This document shows, in pieces, positions 22,239 to 34,913 of a DNA stretch of 64,000 bases. The position numbers and the translations under genes were made by a program. The notes under the pieces were generated by a model. The model did no database searches, was not told the DNA's origin, and saw only the letters and a program-made list of their open reading frames with translations. The stretch is taken from NCBI GenBank assembly GCA_950097015.1, contig CATNEN010000010.1:558001-622000 (forward strand). Direction: 5' to 3'. Source of the stretch: Macrostomum hystrix. Lineage: Eukaryota > Animalia > Platyhelminthes. The stretch's first letter is position 1, and the number at the start of each line of letters is the position of its first letter.

Positions 22239-23677
22239 TAGAGTCCTTGGCACCTCTATCCCTGACTAAACAAAGGCTCTGTCTCTGATTTTCCTCTGTT
22301 CTCAGAGGTAGGGGGCCTAATTCACATTCTCCTATAAATTAGGTGGTATGTTGCCACAAATGTATGGCATTGCAGCCTAAGTATCATAAGTCATCTTTGT
22401 AAAATGTAGGCTGATCTTTATGTTCACTTGCTTTAAAGCTGATCATACATTTGCAGGTTGGCACAATCAGACTTGTGGGCTTCAAGTCATCTAGCCATCT
22501 AGAGTAGACTTAGTGCACAGAATCAAAGTCAGAAAAATAAACAATATAGCTAGAGTTGAGTCATTGATTTGCACCTCCCATTAAAATTTCTCCAAGCTGT
22601 CATGGCTTTATCAGCAGTAGAAATATTTTAATGCTAGATCAGCTCACAAATTAACATTTTCATATTGTACTGTTGTATTGTGTATTTTAATAATGAGGAT
22701 AGCAAAAAGTTTAGCTGCCACTACATGTTAAACTACTGATTTCTTAGCATGTTTTGTACTTTAACATTCTAAATATATAATGAAGTTAAATTGTTAGAGA
22801 CAAAAAAGTTTAACAAATGGTTCTACTGTATAGCTAAGCCTAAATTAAACTTAGTGCTAAAAAGTAAGACACTTTCTTACGGTATGAAGTAAGCTTAAGC
22901 TATTCTTAATATTTTTATGCTACCTTTTAGGTATCACACCAAATGCTTAAATTTCAATGCTAAGTAGCTAAATCTTTATGAAACTTAAAAATATGAAACT
23001 AATATATTTTATTGCTTTGGCTATTTATGCATAACAGTAATCTACAAAAAGAATCACATCATTATTTGGGTTAGAAAATTAAGTACATTTTCCAGTGTAA
23101 GTGGGATCCTTATAAGGTTTTCAGGGGAATTTTTTTGGACATATTTCATCCATAGTGAAAAACTTTTGTAGTCTCACAGCAGAAAACAAAAGAATTTTCT
23201 TAATGGTAACTAGAAAATGTAGAGGTGACAGGAAAGCTAGCAAAGTACATAAAGAACTTAACAGAGATTGCAAGTCTGCAGCTGCCCTAAAAATAGTAAA
23301 GAAACATGTATTTTTAATATCCCAAACAATAGCAAATATGGCTAGATGTGGACCAAGCTTGTTTCTCTACATTAATTTTTTACCATTTATGCATTACCAA
23401 TATGATTAACTTAGATCCATCCGATTACAGTTCTTTTTATATAACCTTACTATTGATATATTGGTATAATATTTAACTTAGTCAAATAAATATCATGTTT
23501 AATGTTTGCCAAATATACATTAAAAAATCTGCACTTTTAAAGTGTGCACATAATAATAAACCTATCTACTAATGTATTCTAATATTTTTTAACAGCTTAC
23601 AACCCAAAATGTTTATTTTTGCACTTCAGAATTCGCCCAAAAATTAGTGAATTGATAAATTGTGCAACAGAGCAGAC

Positions 23678-25104
23678 ATGTCATCAAGCAGTGCTGAACT
23701 CAACATGTTGCTGGAGATGGGATTCACTGAGACCCGAGCGTAAGTTATGCTTCATCAGGATTGCAAACATAACTGTCATTCATGCTGGAGTAGAAACTCG
23801 AATAGAAGCCTGTAACTAGCTAAACTATACATTTTTCTTTTTAGAAAAAAAGCCTTAATGCAGTCTGGCCACCGTGGGATTGAAGCTGCAATGGACTGGT
23901 AAGTGAGGACCAACACCAATTATTGGCTGATGCCGTTTGCTGCAGTTCAAGTCAATTGTGAATTTCCATGCCATGTTTGCCTTGTTTTCGTGTCATTTCA
24001 AAAAAACTGACGTCACTTGCAGGCTGTCAAGCCACCAGGAGGACCCCGATATTGACGATCCGATTGTTGAAGCGGAGCCAACAGCAGCAGTAAGCGAGTC
24101 TGCGACTGCCGCTGCCGCTGTAGATCAGACGCAGTCGGATGAACCTTCAGATGCCGATGCGAAATCGCTCAAGTGCGACGACTGCGGCCGGCTGTTCCGC
24201 AGCCCGGCTGAGGCCGAGTTCCACGCGGCCAAGAGCGGCCACGCGAACTTCTCACAGTCCACCGAGGAGGTGAGTACCCTCTCTTCGATATTCGCTCACT
24301 AGTAGTTCAGAGATGACTAATTGGGTGTTAGAGATTGTAGCTGATTGTTGGTTACCGGCTGCAGCTGATTGGTGCAGTTGAGGCAGGCTGTTGCTGATTG
24401 GTGCAGTTGAGGCAGGCTGTTGCTGATTGGTGCAGTTGAGGCAGGCTGCAGCTGATTGGTGGGTTTCGCTCTCACCTTCTCAGGTGCGCGCCTTAACAGC
24501 CGAAGAGAAGGCGGAGCAGCTTCGACAGCTGGAGGCCAAGCTGGAGGCCAAGCGACAGGAGCGGGAGGCCGAGGAGCGGCTCGCGGAGCTTGAGCGGGAG
24601 CGGAAACGGCGCACAGACGGCAAGGGCCTGACGAAGTGGCGCGAGGAGGCATCCGAGCTGGAGCTGAAGCGCGAGGCGGAGGCGCGCCGGCGCGAGAAGG
24701 AGGAGCAGCGCGAGTACCTGGCGCGCATTCGCCAGCGCTACGCCCAGGATCGCGCCGACCTCGAGGCCCGCGAAGCCGAGGAGAAGCGCGCCGCAGTGGC
24801 GCCTGCCGCGCCCAGCCTGCCGAAGGCGCCTGCCACCGCCGCCTCCGAGAGCGACACGTGCCGTCTCCAGATCCGTCTGCCCGGCGGCGGCCAGCCGCTC
24901 ACCGCCCAGTTCAGCGCCAAGGAGAGCCTCGCCTCCGTCGCCTGCTACGTTCGAACGCATCGAGCAGATGGTAGAGCCGATGAAGACTTCGCCCTGATGA
25001 CGCTGTTCCCTAAGCGGGTGTTCACCGCCGATGACATGGAGAAGCCACTGTACACCCTGGACCTCTGCCCGTCTGCCGCGCTCATGGTCACCAAGCCGTC
25101 CTGA
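23678..25104 (+). CDS. UBXN1: UBX domain protein 1 (UBA - C2H2 - coiled coil - UBX)
   Basis: Exons 23678-23739, 23845-23898, 24023-24269, 24484-25104, GT-AG, in frame. UBA (LLEMGF..RA.KAL..SG..GIEAAMDWL), CDDCGRLF..AEFHAAKSGH.NFS.STEE, UBX (CRLQIRLP, FALMTLFPKRVF, LDLCPSAAL). Confidence 0.92.
24355..24462. repeat. 29-bp minisatellite, ~3.5 copies, UBXN1 intron 3
   Basis: Unit GCTGATTGGTGCAGTTGAGGCAGGCTGTT. Confidence 0.85.
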
Positions 25105-25906
25105 GCAGCCTCCAGCAGCTTGACCTCAGTTCCGCTGGTGGATGAGAGTTTGTTGGGTTAGTGGGGCCAGTCTGTAGTGTGAATTTCAAGTAAAGTCACA
25201 TCTAGGCCTCGCTACTGTGCCTAATTTAATTGCATCCGTTGCGCAATCGACTGAAAAATCTGAAGCAAACACTATTCAGTTTCTGCTCTTTTTGTTTACT
25301 TTAAAAAAAATATGTTCAATAGTTTGCTTGTATCTCTGACTTCACAAATATATCGATTCCGGTTTGCTAAGCTAAGTAAGCAGCCAGCACCGCTCCTCAA
25401 TGTTTTGTTTTCTATCTTTCTCACTGTGTTCGCCTCTTGCAGTTATTTCTTCCGTATTTATCTCAAGTTGATCGCCCAGTTTTTAAGTCGGTTAATGCAT
25501 AAGGAAAACTTATTCGGCAAAAAATCTTTTTCGAAGACGAATCATGAACTATTTTTAGCTCGAGTTTCTTAAGCAATTTCGCATTAGTCAAAGCTGTGCG
25601 TGTGCTCCCGTAGTTTCGGGGACTTGCTTTTTCAAGCCATTGCGACAGTCGCTCTGACTGATAAAGATTGGAGACAAGAGGGAGCGGCCTGCGCGTCACT
25701 TCGCCCCCTCCCCCGCCGCGGGCCCCCTGGGCGATAAAGCGGCGGGCCGGGCCCAAGGAAGCGGCAAGCGGCCTGGGTGCTCGCGACCCGCAACAGCAGA
25801 TCTGGGAATGCCCACCCGCCAGGCCTGCCGCTTCCCAGCTAGCCTGCGTGCATTTATTTGGCACAGTGAGCTTTGAGCTGCTTGTGACATGCACTGAGCA
25901 CGCGAA

Positions 25907-26626
25907 ATGTCCGACTTGCAGCAGCAGCCGCAGCACCCAGGGAACCAGTCCGAGGCGGAGCAGCGCCAGCCGCCGTCGGCGATGGCGGCCGCGGCTGAAG
26001 CCGAGCAGTTCAGCTGTCCGGACTGTCCGCGCCGCTTCCCGGAGCTGCGCCAGCTGTCCCGACACCGGCGCAGTCACGCCAGGCCGCACCGCTGCGGCGA
26101 CTGCGGCCGCGCCTTCGTCCAACGGAGCCACCTCAGCAGCCACATGCGAGTGCACAGCGGCGAGCGGCCGTTTAGCTGCGAGCAATGTCCCAGCAGCTTC
26201 GCCCGCCTCAGCAATCTGCGCAGCCACCTGCGCGCTCGGCACACCGACGAGAGGCCTTTCGCCTGCGATGAGTGCGGCCGGCAGTTTCCTAGAAACACGG
26301 ACCTGTCGCGGCATCTGCGCACCCACTCCGGCGAGCGACCCTTCGCCTGTGCCCAATGCGGCCGCAGCTTTGCCCAGAGCGGCTCCCTGCTGAGCCATCG
26401 CCGGCTTCACGCTGACGAGCGGCCATTCCAGTGCGACCTGTGCCAGCACCGCTTCGCTCGGCGAAGCCACCTGGACAGTCACCGGAGGGCGCACGAAGAT
26501 GCGGCTGCCGTGGCTGCCGGCCGGCGACTCGACTGCGTTCTCTGTCCGCGCGGCTTTCAACGGCCTGGCGACCTGGTGCGGCACCTGCGGGCACATGCGC
26601 GCCGCCTGGCCATGACAATGGCGTGA
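25907..26626 (+). CDS. Intronless C2H2 zinc-finger protein, 7 fingers, 239 aa
   Basis: Seven C-x2-C-x12-H-x3/4-H units with SGERPF/TDERPF linkers. Confidence 0.9.
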   Translation: MSDLQQQPQHPGNQSEAEQRQPPSAMAAAAEAEQFSCPDCPRRFPELRQLSRHRRSHARPHRCGDCGRAFVQRSHLSSHMRVHSGERPFSCEQCPSSFARLSNLRSHLRARHTDERPFACDECGRQFPRNTDLSRHLRTHSGERPFACAQCGRSFAQSGSLLSHRRLHADERPFQCDLCQHRFARRSHLDSHRRAHEDAAAVAAGRRLDCVLCPRGFQRPGDLVRHLRAHARRLAMTMA

Positions 26627-28217
26627 ACCCGGCCCGAGTCTCTTCCGAATGCCCTCCTTCTTGAGCTCAAGCTTGACCGAGATCATGGGCTGCAGTCCCT
26701 CATTCCCTGGCTCACCCCCTCAATGGATCTGAAGCATAGATCTCCTCTCTAAGACAGGGGATTAGTCCAACAATGGTTCAGAGTGTATCAAAGATGTTAG
26801 GCCATTTTAAAAAATTCTGAAAAGCACCTGTAAGTTACGCTGTTCCGCGCCAAATTTTGCTGTAAATTGCTGTCGTGCTCTCCAATTGACAAGTTTACCG
26901 AGAAGTACATGCCGTATTTTCATGAATTATTGCTTCCATATTTAGCCCCGTCTCGTAACATTCGCTCTTAGAGCAAGGTTTAGACTATTTTAACTTTACA
27001 CACTGCTGCAGATTACTTTATTGTCTTCCATCGGTCTAGTTTTTATGCTATTTTATGAATTTTACCACCTAAATCAAGCCCAATTGTTTGCTGACGCTGT
27101 AGAGTTACATTTAATGTCTACTAGAAGCATGGACACATGCAGATTCGATTTTATCTGTGCTCTATGAAATATACGATGGGACATTGTTCATATTTCATGG
27201 ACAGAGTGACTTGGATTTTCTAACAGAGGAGTTAATCGTGATTTTTTCAATAACATTTTAACATAAAAACATACAGATTTGCGTTTGAGTTTTTTTCTAC
27301 TTATTTATTGACTTTTTCCCTGGGCTTTGCCCGTGTTGCTACTCAATAGTAGTAATAGTAGGTGGTTTAGGACGTCCACCGAATTCCCTTATTGCCCGAA
27401 AACCCAAGGTCACTATGTGCATGCCCCCCACGCGCACGTTGATCGTAGCGGTGGCACGTTGAGAAAACGTTGAGACAACATAAATACAGTCTCGCCCTAC
27501 TTAGAGGGCTCACCTTTTCTTCGCACCACACACAGCGTGACTCTTGAGTCATTACAGTACCCAGGTTACAAACAGGAGCAAATGAAAGAAGACTGAGAAA
27601 GTTGCCGTCAACACGCTAGTTTTGCTACATTAAATATTATGACAGCCTTGGTAGTTTTACGTAAGATTGTACATTCAAAACTAAGTCCGTTGCAAATATG
27701 CCGTATGTTTGGTTCTGATTTCCTTGTTTGGTTTAGTTTTTTGTTTGGTAGTGCCATATGGTAGTACAGTATATACTTTAGTTTCTTTTGTTTGCTTCAT
27801 TTAATACCTGTAACACACCATACTGCAATCTGTGCGACGGATACTGCACAGAATTCGTAAAAATGTTCATTTAAATACACATTTTGACTCCTAAAATATT
27901 TGCCTGAAAGTTCCTACGAGCGTATTGAGCTACGTGCATATTTTAATAAAGCATATGCCATAGACTTTTAATATCATTGACATATAACCAAGTGTGCGTA
28001 AACGTCTCAAGCTCGTGTATAGTTTATGGCCCAAAGACCATCAAAGAAATAGATTGAAGTGTGCAGTAAATTCCGCAACTGTGCGGTAAATGATACTCCA
28101 CTTGATCTCCGTGCCATCCCTCTTCTGAGCTACTATGCAGTAAATCCCAGACGGGTATTGTCTATGGGCCGAAGGAGCTGGTCTTGCGCACACACACTTG
28201 GTCATAAATCAATGCAC

Positions 28218-28313
28218 TTATGCTAGGCTTCCTAGTGCGTAAATAGTCTATGGCACTCGTGCGCTGCGCGCACTCGTGCAAAGACTATCTACGCACTCGG
28301 AAGCCTAGCATAA
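28218..28313. repeat. 96-bp hairpin (32-bp arms, 2 mismatches)
   Basis: TTATGCTAGGCTTCCTAGTGCGTAAATAGTCT ... AGACTATCTACGCACTCGGAAGCCTAGCATAA. Confidence 0.8.
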
Positions 28314-28905
28314 ATCTACCATTTAGCCAGCCTTCTGAAAAATTTGCACAAAACGCGATTGCAACGTCCTGTGTTGTTTAGTAGTCCTTGCTAGTTACAT
28401 ATACTACTGACGAAGTCCTGTGACTCTGTCTAAAACACTCACTGTGAGTCGTTGACGATACCAATTGAAATTTTGCTAGAAAAGCAAAGAAAAAAATGCG
28501 TATACGTCTTATAGTTGTGCCTGCAAGGCCCCAATTTTTTAAGATTCTTTTTTTTTGGCTTCTGTACGTTTCTATCAAAATGACGTCTGCTCTCATGTCG
28601 TCATTCCCAGCATATTATTGTACATGTAAGTTGCATACATGTCTGAGATAAGCAAATCGGCATGTTTTACTGTACATTTACCAGATAGAGTACTAACGCA
28701 TTAGAAATTGAACTTAGGATTAGATTTCTATATACCAGGTATTGAGTTTTTATTGATTACCAAAGCTCTTTTTCATTTTTGCTTTTTCTGATATCATCAT
28801 GATGCTATTTTTAGCCCCTGCGTAATTTTTATTTGTCTATTTAAAATAGTTTCTCACAAAAATAAGTCCAATATGTTTCAATACTTTTTTACACTTCACT
28901 GGAAA

Positions 28906-30801
28906 ATGACGGATAGCTACCAACTGAGAGAGCTCAAAGATGTACAATGCCACTTCATGTGGGAGCCATGCAGCAAAGAAAGCGACGAAGGAAGCATCAA
29001 GAGACTTATCAGCAGCTTGCAAAGTAGAATGGACGCCGAGCTCGGACAGCGGGCGTTGCACATGGTCAGCCTGGCGTACATGTCACTGAGAGCCTCTGAT
29101 GAATCCAAGTGCCGAGAGTACCTTGAAAGTGCAAAGCAGGTCGAAAATGATCATCTAGCGATAGATGTAGCTTTCTTGATCAAAGCCATGGAGCTGCACG
29201 CACTGCGAGAATTCCACCCTCAGAAGGAGATGTCAGCGCTGCAGGAGCTGACAAAGCTTTGGCGAGATCCGAAGACTCAGGCCACGGTCTGGGGCTCCAA
29301 GGGCTGCACTCTGCTCAGCTTCGGAAAGGATAAGCTTGAGAAGGCCATCGAGGCTTTTCGAGAGGCGCTGAAACTAGAGGCAGACTACGGACTGGCAAGG
29401 AGCTTCCACTGGCGCTACGGTCTGGCGGCTGCCGTGGCTCAGCTGAGACGGCAGCACGACCTGAGTTCCGAGATAGGAGAAGAGCAAGTGGAACTGTGGC
29501 GTGAGGCCAAAGCGATTCTGGACGAAGCTCGAGTCCAGCACCCCGTGTTCCTGGCCGAATACGCAGAGGCGATCGCTTACTCCAAGTGCTATTTCAAGAC
29601 TTCGAACAGTTTGGCGGAGAAAGCTTTTATAGAGATGGAGAGAGACCAAAAACGCTGTACTACGCACTGGGCATACGCAGTTCTTCCAAAAGTGTACCGC
29701 AGCCTGAAGAAGATTGCCGAGTGGGAGGAAATGGATCCAAATGTGATAGTCGAGCTCGGTCAAAGAGAACTAAAAGTCTTGGAAAGTGGCAAAGATGCTT
29801 TAGAGTATTCTTCGAATTCATTTTTGAAGAGCGAGTTCGCTTTTCAATATGCCCTGTACTACATTAAGGTGAATAACAATAGAGAGGAAAGAATTCTAAA
29901 TGCTAGAAAATGGCTGGAGAGTGTTGACAAGAGCAATATCTGGGCCACCAAGAGGCTCCTGGAGCTGGATGAGGAAGATGACAACGCCGACTTGGAGTCT
30001 ATTCGTGAGAGATACGAAGACCTCATTCAGAGTGCTGAAGTCAGAGCTGGCCGAAAAGCGAAATGCCAAGTTGAGTTCGACTTTGGAAGATTTATTCTAG
30101 TGAAGCTGAAGGACACCGCCGGGATAGAGCTCATGAAAGAGGCAGTGAAGGATCTGCCGAATATTCGCTTCGTTTCCAAATTCAAGCATAGACAAATTGA
30201 AGAGGCTGCTAAAGTGAATCCCAGTGTCAGTAAGGACGCAAAAGATTGGATCGAAGCAATTAAGCCCAAAAACTTTGTAAGTGTCAAACTTCTAGAGTTA
30301 CTGCACTTCGTTTTCATACTTAAATGCTAATTTTTTTGCACTTTACAGAATCCTGTTTTGCAGGACCGGTTTCCACTGTCTGAGTGCCGTTGGCGGTTGG
30401 GCTGCAACGATTGCTGCACTGCCCTGGACAACATTCAGAGCCTGTATCAGCCTACACGGAGTGTCTACAGCCACCCCTGCAAGGAGTCTTGGCTGCTGGT
30501 TGCTAAGCTGCAGAGTGAGAATGCCTGGTCCCGCATTCGTGACTTCCATAACATAAACAGAACACACCAGCTAGCCAGGTGTGAGCGGCACACAGCCCTC
30601 ACCGCGGGACCGGCGGGACAAGAAGTGGAAAACTGCCGCAAAGCGCACAACGAGGAGGAGCTGCAGCTCTGGCAACTGGAGCAGAGCAGCGGCTTCTCTC
30701 TAGAAAGCTTCCTCAAGCAAGTTCAGCTGCCGGGCAAGAACACCAGGCAGACGGGGCAGACGGCGCGATACGCAGACCTGCTGAACGATCTTCAGGCCTA
30801 G
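28906..30801 (+). CDS. IFIT-like tetratricopeptide-repeat protein with Cys/His-rich C-terminal exon
   Basis: ATG 28906; exon 1 to 30276 (GTAAGT donor), exon 2 from 30349 or 30364 (both in frame) to TAG 30801. ELKDVQCHFMW, SLAYM..EYLESA, KGCTLLSFG..LEKAIEAFREALKLE.D and PKVYRS align by eye with recalled IFIT motifs (ELECHFTW, LLAYV..ECLEQA, KGWALLKFG..YQKAKAAFEKALEVEPD, AKFYRR). Confidence 0.75.
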
Positions 30802-31639
30802 AAGCAGTGACAGCCAGTAAAATAAATGGGCTTTACTAATTTTAAGTTTAAAGAACGAGAATTTGTACTAAGTTGTTTAGCTATCCGTGGCATTGTCAAG
30901 CTTTCTAATTGATTATAATCAGTTATAGTTGCGCAAATCAGTTAAGACTCGGTTGAGCATTAATCCCAGGTAAAAGTTTCCTCCCTGGTGCAACTCATGC
31001 CATTCATTTGTTATTCTATACAGAGCTACGGGGCTGTGTTTTAGTTTCACACTAAGAATGAGTAAATGGTTCACGCTTTTAATATTATTCTCTATGATTT
31101 TTATGAGTAATGATTTCGAGAAAAATAATTGTTGTTATCATTGGTGGGTTTCGATTTGATTATTGGTTACTTTTTTATTCTGCTCGCAAACTGCGCTAGG
31201 ATTTTTAAACAAAAAATAAATAGCGACATGTATATTCAGCGATATCTTACAGGATTTGCCTAGAATTAAGTTACTGTTACTGGCATTTGCATTTGTTGTA
31301 ACTGGGAAACGTCGCACACACAAACAGGCCTAAAATGATCAAGTCTGGTGATTCCAAGCAATACCAAGCACCTAGTCAACATTGCTGAATTGCTTCAGTG
31401 GGAATTACTATTTTAATTGAGCTTTCGCTACTTCAGGAAGCTGAACTTTCACTTGGACTTAAAAAAACTGATTTGCAAGCCCCGGACGAACGCGGACATA
31501 GACAGCTTTCGTTGCTTGATGCCAGAACCGGGTCGAATTTATTTTTATCAAAGTCAGCATCTTCTACAACATGTGTTCTGCAGCAATTGAAGGTCTACAT
31601 TACGACTACGACTCTTTCACATTGAAGTGTCAAGGCTCT

Positions 31640-32645
31640 TTGACCAGCTGCATGAGGTCACGTGCATCTCTACTGTCAGTCGCAGGAGGGCAGAACTATG
31701 CGCTTGCCGCAAGATGGTCGCCGCATCCGTAGTCGGCTACGGCGCGGATGGTCGCCAGGTAGGCAGTGCGGAGGACGTTCTGGGAGGCGCCAGCTTTCCT
31801 GCTCGCGAGGCCGGCCAGAGCACGGCGAGGTCGGCTCATGTGGTTGCAGATGTCAATGGCGTGGGCCATAAAGTTAAGCTGGCCGTCGAGAACCAGGCCA
31901 AGGAACCTGCGGTTCGGGTCGAAATTCAGGGTCTGAGTTCCGAGATGGAGTGGGACCCGAACTTTCCCGTTGACCTCGTTCGGAGCGAGGGTGAAGGTGC
32001 AGTAGCAGCATTTGTTGGTACTAAATAACTAAGCTAAATAGCTTGATTTAGCGGGAGCACCAGTCGATCACGGTATCCAGGGCTGTTTGCATGACTTCTG
32101 CGCATCCGGACAGTGATGGCTGTGTGGTCAGGAGCGTCTGTGTAAAGGCTGATTCCGCAGCTGGGCGGCGCATTGGCGACGTCAGTAGTGTGGTCTTTCG
32201 CAAAAATTGTCCAGAGGGTCGGGCTAGCACCGAGCTTTGTGGCTAGCCTTCGGGGAAGGTGCGTTGGCTGCTCAGTGTGTCGTTCCAGCGAACCATGGCC
32301 CTGCGGTCCTCGAGGGAGGAGGCGGTCTAGCTGATAGTGTGGGCTTCGAGGTCGAGCTAGGCGGACCATCTTGGAGGTCAGGCCGTCTTTCCAAGCATTC
32401 TCGTACGCGCCTTGGAAGTCCATGCTGCTGAGGATGCTCCGGAGAGGTGGGGCTCGTTCGAGACCATAGAATATGTCTTGGCACACTCGCCTTAATTGCT
32501 CCTGGGTACTGCGTCCCCGGCGGAATCCCGCTTGGGCCGGCGAGAGCAGCCAGGATTCGAGCTCGTGTTGGAGACGCTCAGCACACTTCGCTATGCGCGG
32601 CCTGTAATCGAATCTTTCCCCTTCTTGGCGATTGGGATAATCCCG
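31640..32645 (-). pseudogene. Decayed non-LTR retrotransposon (LINE, I-group-like) reverse transcriptase fragment
   Basis: Manual translation across frameshifts and stops: IPIAKKGKD, LSPAQAGFR, GRSTQEQL, MDFQGAYENAW, SLYTD, FLGLVLDGQLNF..H, LRTAYLATIRAVADYG. Confidence 0.85.
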
Positions 32646-34913
32646 TTTAATTAATGGGATTATTATACGAGTGTATTAATATGATTTTACTGACTAATGA
32701 TATAAAAGTATTTTATTGAGCAACTATTTTATCGAATTTTCAAACTTATATAATAATAAATACATCAGTTGAAAATTCCCTCTCACTGCATTTCGACCAT
32801 CACAGACCGTTTAAATATTATTAACTTGTTAGTGCCTTAAATGATAGTGCTTCCACCTGCTCGCTGATTGATGGCATTGCTGTCCAATTTACCTAATCTG
32901 CTAGTAAGGCAGGTGGGCTGTACAGCCTGTTCAGTCACCAGCGATCAGAATCGCAACTGCTGCTTCTCGTAGATATTGACGCATTTCTCACAGCGGATGG
33001 CAAGGAAGGTGAACTCAAGCTCAACTGCTTTTTGGCTGGAATACCACCGCGCAAGATTGGTCCTAAATTTGCGAAGAGGTACCAAATATTTTTTATCGGT
33101 GTTGCTAGGCATACAATCTCTACCCCCTCAGCCTGCTCCTGCTCTCCCTCGCCATCCAGTTGACAAATGGACTCATTTCCAGTTGAATTGGGCGCCGCTG
33201 CTGAGTCTCTGAGGCATAATTGCTGGCATGGCTGCACCCTCCGCAGCTGAACTGGAGTCTTGCCCACCGAGTCTTTGCTGGGGACAACTTAATTGCCCGC
33301 ATGCCGTGGCGCATTGGATGCAAAGCAACAGCATCCGACTGACTTCATTGAGTGGAATTTTTATTTTTAGGAGTGTTAATTCTAAAAAATATTAGCGCAT
33401 TATTACGAATAATGACAACTGTCTTTTTTGTCTCGCAGCATGATTCAGTTTTTATATATCCCCATGCATGTAGCCTATGCATACTACTCGGATATTGATT
33501 TAGCTGATGAACGACATTTAGCTAGAGTATCCCCACAGACAAAAGTCGTGTTTTCACATAGTTGCATTTCGCAAACATGCCTGATAATTCTAACTGCAAG
33601 TCTCAACCAGCGCAGAGCTCTTTAGAATTCCACTAAACACATCAGCGACTTGGCGAACTGTCAATGGAAAATTGAAAATGAGACTGGAGAGGATTGCACT
33701 CATTCTCGGAGCAATGCTCCTACTGTGTAAGTTTCAGTAAAAATTATTTGAGTCTATAGACCGCGTGTGAGGCATTGTGTATTGGATTAAACACTTTTAG
33801 ACGCGCAGACACAAGAAAGGCTCGTTCAAAGTGTTATCAAACAAGGCAAAAAATATGATTCTCAAGTCTGTTCATTTTATTTTCATTTTCATAACCATTG
33901 ATTTGAGCATCACACAAAATTGATGTCAACAAGCCAAAATTAGCTCAAATTAGCCTTTAAATATTCCTTAGCCAATCAAAGTTTGAGGTCACTACAAGGC
34001 CATTTTGCCGCCCGTTAATCCAAAGAGGGGAAATTGAGGCTTGATCAACGAAATGGTGCATCAGGGTGTCCATAGTCGGCTGGTGCCACTTGTTGAAGGT
34101 CCAGCAGCTCCGTCTAGATAATGATCGGTGACCAGCGAAGTCTGAGATAAAGCGGGCACATTCGGGTGACGTGCTGATAAAGTTTGAAGGCCTGGCAAGG
34201 AAGGCCTCTAATGGAAAACTCAGACCTTCGGGCAGAACCGTTGAATATCTCGACGATCTGAAGTACTGGCGACTTATTGATTATTGTTTCACAAGATGCG
34301 CAACAAAAAGTTCTTCTGTTAATTCCCGGCTTTTCATTGGCTGCAGCCTGCCTCATTGTTCCCGTCACCGGTGCCCGCAGGTCAACAGCAGCTGGTGACC
34401 GCCTGCTTCAGCCGATGCGTGATTTCTGGCGGCAGATGCTGGCAGAGCAGAGTCTGCTGCTCGGCCATTTGCAAACTGTCCCGGACCGGCCCGGGTATTG
34501 CAGTCACCCCCGGCTACTGCAGATGAGGCATTGCATGCATTCGCTAGAACTGCTCATCATATGTGGCTATTTTATTTTTTTAGCTGAAAATTTGCTGCTC
34601 ATCACAAGTCCATGTGTCGAAAGCACACGAGATTACTTGTAGCAGCTTTGATTTCTTAATTGGCTGTTCTCCAAAAAAGTGTTGTGTTATACTCGCACAC
34701 GCCTCTTGAACTGCAGCATATAAACTCACGCTTAACATATTTAAACTAATGTGTTTTATTTCACAATGCTTATCAATATCAGATGATGCATGTTTAAATT
34801 GGTGGACAGTTTGTAATTACAATAAACAACATGAATATTTAATTACGTTGAAGAATCAAGCCACAGACATAAGCCCAGCAGTTTGATGTTATACTGCATA
34901 TTGCAAGCTTAAT

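Noticed and set aside
25463-26686. 407-aa antisense ORF over the zinc-finger gene (also 3369-4259, 7901-8383, 47493-47978)
   Set aside because: Shadow ORFs expected from GC-rich codon usage; no recognisable motifs.
27500-28900. ISRE-like elements upstream of the IFIT-like gene
   Set aside because: Only loose GAAA runs in AT-rich DNA; not above chance.
32935-33323. Short ORFs as a gene
   Set aside because: No motif, splice structure or codon bias that I could support; the same applies to 34114-34642 and 52481-52891.
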